Source: Candidatus Latescibacterota bacterium (lineage in GTDB: Bacteria > Latescibacterota > CBDEFO01). Taken from it: DNA of 64,000 bases. Position numbers and translations under genes: made by a program. The stretch covers positions 3,424,001 through 3,488,000 of the forward strand of contig OZ252149.1 in assembly GCA_965248755.1 (NCBI GenBank), written 5' to 3'. Positions 59,831 to 64,000 of the stretch are shown here, piece by piece (position 1 is the stretch's first letter; each line of letters opens with the position of its first letter). A model generated the notes under the pieces. The model was not told the DNA's origin. It was given only the letters and a program-made list of their open reading frames with translations, and ran no database searches.

Positions 59831-62227
59831 ATGGCTGAGAACAGTTCTGATAAGTTAAAGATCAAGCAGGCTATAGGAAAGCTGGATGGTCTTCCCACAC
59901 TGCCCTCGATGCTGGTGGAGGTAATGAACAGGGTTCTGGATGAGAACTCCAGTGTCCAGGATGTCTCTGAGCTTGTGGAAACGGACCAATCTTTAACTAC
60001 CAAAGTCCTCAGAGTTGCCAACTCCTCCTTCTACGGAAGACCCAAAGCAGTATCCACGGTCAAGAACGCTATAGTCATTTTAGGATTTAATAAGCTCAAG
60101 AACATAGTATTGAGCATCTCTTTAATGGACAATTTGGAATCCATTGAGAACTCCAATTTAGATATGAAGGAGTTCTGGCGCCACTCCTTGTCCTGCGCTG
60201 TTTTATCCCAAGATATATCGCAAAGACTCCGTTTCAGCTTCTCCGATCAGGTGTTCGTAGCTGGTCTGCTTCACGATATAGGGAAGCTCATATTAGATTT
60301 ACATGTACCTGATAAATTTGGGTCCGCGTTAGAGCTTTCGATGAAGGACAGAATAGACTTATCTGAGGCGGAAAGGCGCATAATCGGAGTTGACCACGGA
60401 CTTGTGGGCAAGTGGATTATGGAAAAGTGGAAGTTTCCCGACCATCTGATAGAAGCCGCCTGGATGCATCACAACCCGCCGGGCATAGATGCACAGGGGA
60501 ACGAGCAGCTTATGACCTCTTTGGTCTCTTTGGCTAATAACGTATCCAACGTCTGTTCCGGCAAGATGATCGGTTTAAACGGCACTTTCGATCAAATAGA
60601 GAAACTAAGAGATAGATTCAAAATCCCGGAGGATGACTTAAGGGAGATAGCTTCAAAGGCCGAGGAAAAGGTACAGGAAATAGCTCAGACACTGGACCGA
60701 GACATAGGCTCGGGCAAGGATCATCTGACTCTCATGCAGAGAGCCAATCAGGAACTGAGCCAGATAAACCTGGATTTGGATCAGACAAACAGGAAGCTGC
60801 AAAGCAGATTAGCCGAAAGGACGGCTCTTCATAAACTCGGTCTTAATCTACAGACTTGTGTAGAGATAGATGAGGTGGTTAAAGCGGCTGTCAGATGTGC
60901 AACATCGGACATAGGGTTCTACAAGGCAGAATGTGTAATAGACATGGGTGATGGGGAGACGTATCGAGCAGAACAATCGGTCTCAGAGCTGGGGCAGGCT
61001 GCAGCTTCGAGAACGAACGGAGCGTCTTCGGAGAGTTCCATTGTTGAAGGGTTAGAGCCACTTACAGAGGGAGTAAGGATAGATATCTATGTTGAAAACA
61101 GGACTGCGGGATATCTGAGAGCGTGGCGCCGGGATAACGTCGAGTTCAGAGAACGCGAGGCTGTAGTATCCCTTTCTGCAATTTCTGATCTTGTGTCCCT
61201 CACAGTTCACAGGTGTATGGAGCACAGGCGCAGTGAAGAACATATCGAAAAACTGGCCCTGGCTCAGGCGGATTTAGAGAGTTCCTATCGCAAATTGCAG
61301 GGGGCGCAAAAGCAGATAATCCAGATGGAAAGGCTCAACGCCCTCGGAGAAGTCGCAGCGGGAATGGCTCACGAATTCAACAATATCTTGGGCATCATAC
61401 TCGGCCAGTCACAGATACTCCACAGGAGCCTGGAGCAGCCCGAGTCGAAAATGCGCCTTAAGGCCATAGAAAAAGCCACTATGGACGGGGCTGAAATTAT
61501 AGCCAAAATACAAGATTCTACACGCCCACGCCAGGACGTAAACTATGCAAAAGTCGATATAAACGAGATTATAGAAGAGATAATTGATATTACAAGGCCC
61601 AACTGGGAAAGAGAGGCACAAATAAGAGAAATCCAGATACGGTTGCACAGACGACTCGGTGATGTTCCCCCCATATTTGGGAATCCCGTAGAAATTCGAG
61701 AGGTCTTTACCAATCTTATCTTCAACTCCATAGATGCAATGCCCAATGGCGACGACATATATATTAAGACTGAGTCTTATGGGGATTCGATTTTGATTAC
61801 CGCATCGGACACAGGAGTCGGGATTCCGAATGAATTACAGAATAAGGTATTCGATCCCTTCTTTACCACTAAAGGAGCCAACGGGAGCGGCCTGGGCTTG
61901 AGTTTAGTCTATGGGATCGTCGAAAGACATAAAGGGGAGATTAAAGTCCATAGCATCCCCAATAAGGGGGCTACCTTTATTATAAGGCTCCCGGGTTACG
62001 CCGATCGTATCACTTCTTTCCCAGAAAGCTCTTCGCCCACTTCGAGACTTGCCGCCACTTCAGCAGAGCGGCCACGCAACATCTTTAGGAGCTCCGAGCG
62101 CATTGCTTCCATGGAACACCAGGTTCAGCAAAGTAGTCCCTATGCAGAACAGGAAGAAACAGCTACAGATACTTCATCTGGCCCGGAAGTAGAAACGATG
62201 CAGCTTTCCCAGCAGCTGAGAAGATGA
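59831..62227 (+). CDS. HDOD-domain histidine kinase (HDOD, GAF-like, HisKA, HATPase)
   Basis: LPTLP, VANSSFY, FWRHS, GLLHDIGK; AHEFNNIL, DTGVG, FFTTK, GSGLGL. Confidence 0.93.
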   Translation: MAENSSDKLKIKQAIGKLDGLPTLPSMLVEVMNRVLDENSSVQDVSELVETDQSLTTKVLRVANSSFYGRPKAVSTVKNAIVILGFNKLKNIVLSISLMDNLESIENSNLDMKEFWRHSLSCAVLSQDISQRLRFSFSDQVFVAGLLHDIGKLILDLHVPDKFGSALELSMKDRIDLSEAERRIIGVDHGLVGKWIMEKWKFPDHLIEAAWMHHNPPGIDAQGNEQLMTSLVSLANNVSNVCSGKMIGLNGTFDQIEKLRDRFKIPEDDLREIASKAEEKVQEIAQTLDRDIGSGKDHLTLMQRANQELSQINLDLDQTNRKLQSRLAERTALHKLGLNLQTCVEIDEVVKAAVRCATSDIGFYKAECVIDMGDGETYRAEQSVSELGQAAASRTNGASSESSIVEGLEPLTEGVRIDIYVENRTAGYLRAWRRDNVEFREREAVVSLSAISDLVSLTVHRCMEHRRSEEHIEKLALAQADLESSYRKLQGAQKQIIQMERLNALGEVAAGMAHEFNNILGIILGQSQILHRSLEQPESKMRLKAIEKATMDGAEIIAKIQDSTRPRQDVNYAKVDINEIIEEIIDITRPNWEREAQIREIQIRLHRRLGDVPPIFGNPVEIREVFTNLIFNSIDAMPNGDDIYIKTESYGDSILITASDTGVGIPNELQNKVFDPFFTTKGANGSGLGLSLVYGIVERHKGEIKVHSIPNKGATFIIRLPGYADRITSFPESSSPTSRLAATSAERPRNIFRSSERIASMEHQVQQSSPYAEQEETATDTSSGPEVETMQLSQQLRR

Positions 62228-62302
62228 GAAACACAATGCCAATTTCCTCCTGAAGAACCATAAGCTATGGAGGGCCCTGCTGCGTCCTATCCCTAGCGTT
62301 TA

Positions 62303-63246
62303 TCAATAGGTCTCGACAAAGAGGCGGTCTTTGTTGCGATCTCTGAATATCTTTTTGATTGTAGAATCCTTCCTAGACATCTTTGCAATGTCGTCTAGAC
62401 TATATCCATCGGGCGGAGAGATCAGATTCGTCCTCATTCGCAGAAGCTCCGCGTAGATTCCCACCTCCATACCCGCTAACCCGCAGATGTAAAGGCACGT
62501 TGACTTTTTCCTGAGCAGAGGCTCAAGCTCGTGAACGTGTTCCCTTAATCTGTGCTGAACGTAGACCTTGCCCTTTGAAGGATTTTCCCGGCTGATAGCA
62601 GTGACATAATGAAAATTTGAGTGCGCTTCGGCATACTTCCGAAACATATTGTCATAGAGCACGTCTGTGCTGTATGGTACGCCAAAGATCAGCCAGACCT
62701 GACGCGTAAACCCGAGTTTAAAGAGTTCTTCTAACATTCCTCGAAAAGGCGCAATGCCGGTGCCGGTGGCTATAAAGACGTAATCGTGATCCAACAGATC
62801 ATCGGACAAAAGAAAGTTGTCGTACCACGGCCCCATCACCTGTGCTTTTTCCTCTATTCGCATATCGCAAAGGTAGCTTGAGCACACCCCCTTGACCAAT
62901 TTCCCGTTTTAGGATCCTCAGCAAGTTCACGCTTCACGGTCAGTGAAAAGGTATTTCCCTTGCCGTCATCGCCCCAGATCGGTGATGCCACAGAATAGGC
63001 GCGGGGTTTGTGTTCCCTTCCTCTTTCATCCAGGCCTGGAGCTTTGACACCCATGCTTGTTCCTGTTCTGACTGCGCCGGCCAGCCGGCTTTGGCTTATA
63101 TCAAATGTCAGATGCCAGGCAAAATTAGGGCTGGAAGGATGCGTCAACTTTGTCCTGTGCACAAGAGGCGCCAGAAAGGGTAGCTTTGGCGGGTATATGT
63201 TTAGCCTTACCTGGGGAATTAGGTAATTGCCCATAGTCATTCCCAT
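62303..63246 (-). pseudogene. Plant-type ferredoxin-NADP+ reductase split by a 1-nt frameshift near 62900
   Basis: RAYSVAS in the 5' ORF; GVCSSYLC, ATGTGIAPF, CGLAGM, FVETY in the 3' ORF. Confidence 0.88.
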
Positions 63247-63323
63247 TTCACGTGGGCATTATACAGGGGACATCTTCCCATGCCCGTAAACTCAAGTAAG
63301 TTGCGGTTACTGCGGGTTTCACT

Positions 63324-63421
63324 TCTGGTAATGACTGAGGGCTTAAGATGAGCAACTAAAAGACACAGCAGATCGTCATTGAGAAGCGGAGGGGCTGCTT
63401 TGCTGAGTTGGAAGCAATCTC
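63324..63421. repeat. REP-like element with a degenerate inverted partner
   Basis: GTCATTGAG...GAAGCAATCTC (63375-63421) preceded about 40 bp upstream by GGTAATGAC; same family as 4137-4277. Confidence 0.5.
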
Positions 63422-63818
63422 GTTATGGCATATTTGCTATGTACTCATCTGAGATCTATCTCATATAGTCCCGGAATCGATTCACCGAAAATGCTGGATC
63501 TGTGCAGCTTCCAGATTCGTGGATTGCTTCTCCCTTGAAGCCGGTCTTTACAAACATCCGGGCCATCCGTCTGGAATGGGAGAGTCCTGCACGACCAGGT
63601 CGTTGTCTTGAACCATTTGCACGTTCTTTAATTTGGCAGAATCGAGCAGTCTTTGGGCTGGACCTTTCAGTCCAGCCAGAACTTCGCTCAAGCACAACTA
63701 TTACTCGCTAAATGGAATTTTTCAACTTCTTCAACAGATACTCAAGCTACGGTGGCTATTCCTGAGCAGGCGTACTCGATTGCATCGTTCGTAAAGGCAA
63801 GGGGACATCAGGAGATGT

Positions 63819-64000
63819 TCACTGCGTGGACGTACCCACTGTCAGTATTCCCCTTGCCATTTCCTGCTCCTCTCTTTCCGCCTCTTCTGTCTTCAATTTC
63901 ACTGGCGAGCGGGTAAGTGCTTTGGGGAAGGAGAGCTTGACTAACTCAAAGTGGCTCTGGCTGCAGGGGAAGGCGACCTGATCAGTGGTACCTTCTATCT
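63819..64000 (-). CDS. Possible C-terminus of a hypothetical gene entering from the right edge
   Basis: Open frame ...IEGTTDQVAFPC...EEAEREEQEMARGILTVGTSTQ*; no motif. Confidence 0.3.
   Translation of the reverse strand, partial: IEGTTDQVAFPCSQSHFELVKLSFPKALTRSPVKLKTEEAEREEQEMARGILTVGTSTQ

Noticed and set aside
63440..63742. Possible IS-end relics (TGTACTCATCTGAGA... and TTTTTCAACTTCTTCAACAG)
   Set aside because: No partner inverted repeat, TSD or transposase in the window.

Overview
Bacterial chromosomal window from a diderm (L- and P-ring flagellum, FliW/CsrA, sigma54 control); the lineage cannot be fixed from the sequence. 1-16.5 kb: sugar-acid oxidation enzymes, hydrolases, a YceI protein with a Cys-repeat tail, a decayed sigma54/two-component module and a PabB/TrpE homologue. 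16.5-35 kb: flagellar locus (FlgS/FlgR-like pair, receivers, cheY remnant, motBA, flgFGAHIJNKL-fliW-csrA; no flgM, no flagellin). 34.9-55.8 kb: a probable flagellar glycosylation/modification island. It holds a reconstructed ~1990-aa TPR-GT9-GT-GT9-radical SAM-methyltransferase mega-enzyme plus sulfatase, FkbM and GT2 heads; the sulfatase and FkbM heads carry near-identical TPR tails. 56-64 kb: a His/CxxC/RSPP leader ahead of a porin and ATPase-less metal ABC operon, an HDOD histidine kinase behind a perfect CRP box, and a frameshifted ferredoxin-NADP+ reductase. Five apparently identical 1266-bp IS3-family copies (4-bp TSDs, atypical 5'-CA left end that reads outward as SD+ATG) and one IS1380 interrupt flgN and four TPR-enzyme genes; in those four genes the insertion always lies in TPR-coding DNA. 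Three families of small palindromic repeats and a relic attC-like site are also present. No rRNA, tRNA or CRISPR array was seen. All family calls come from motif reading, not database searches.
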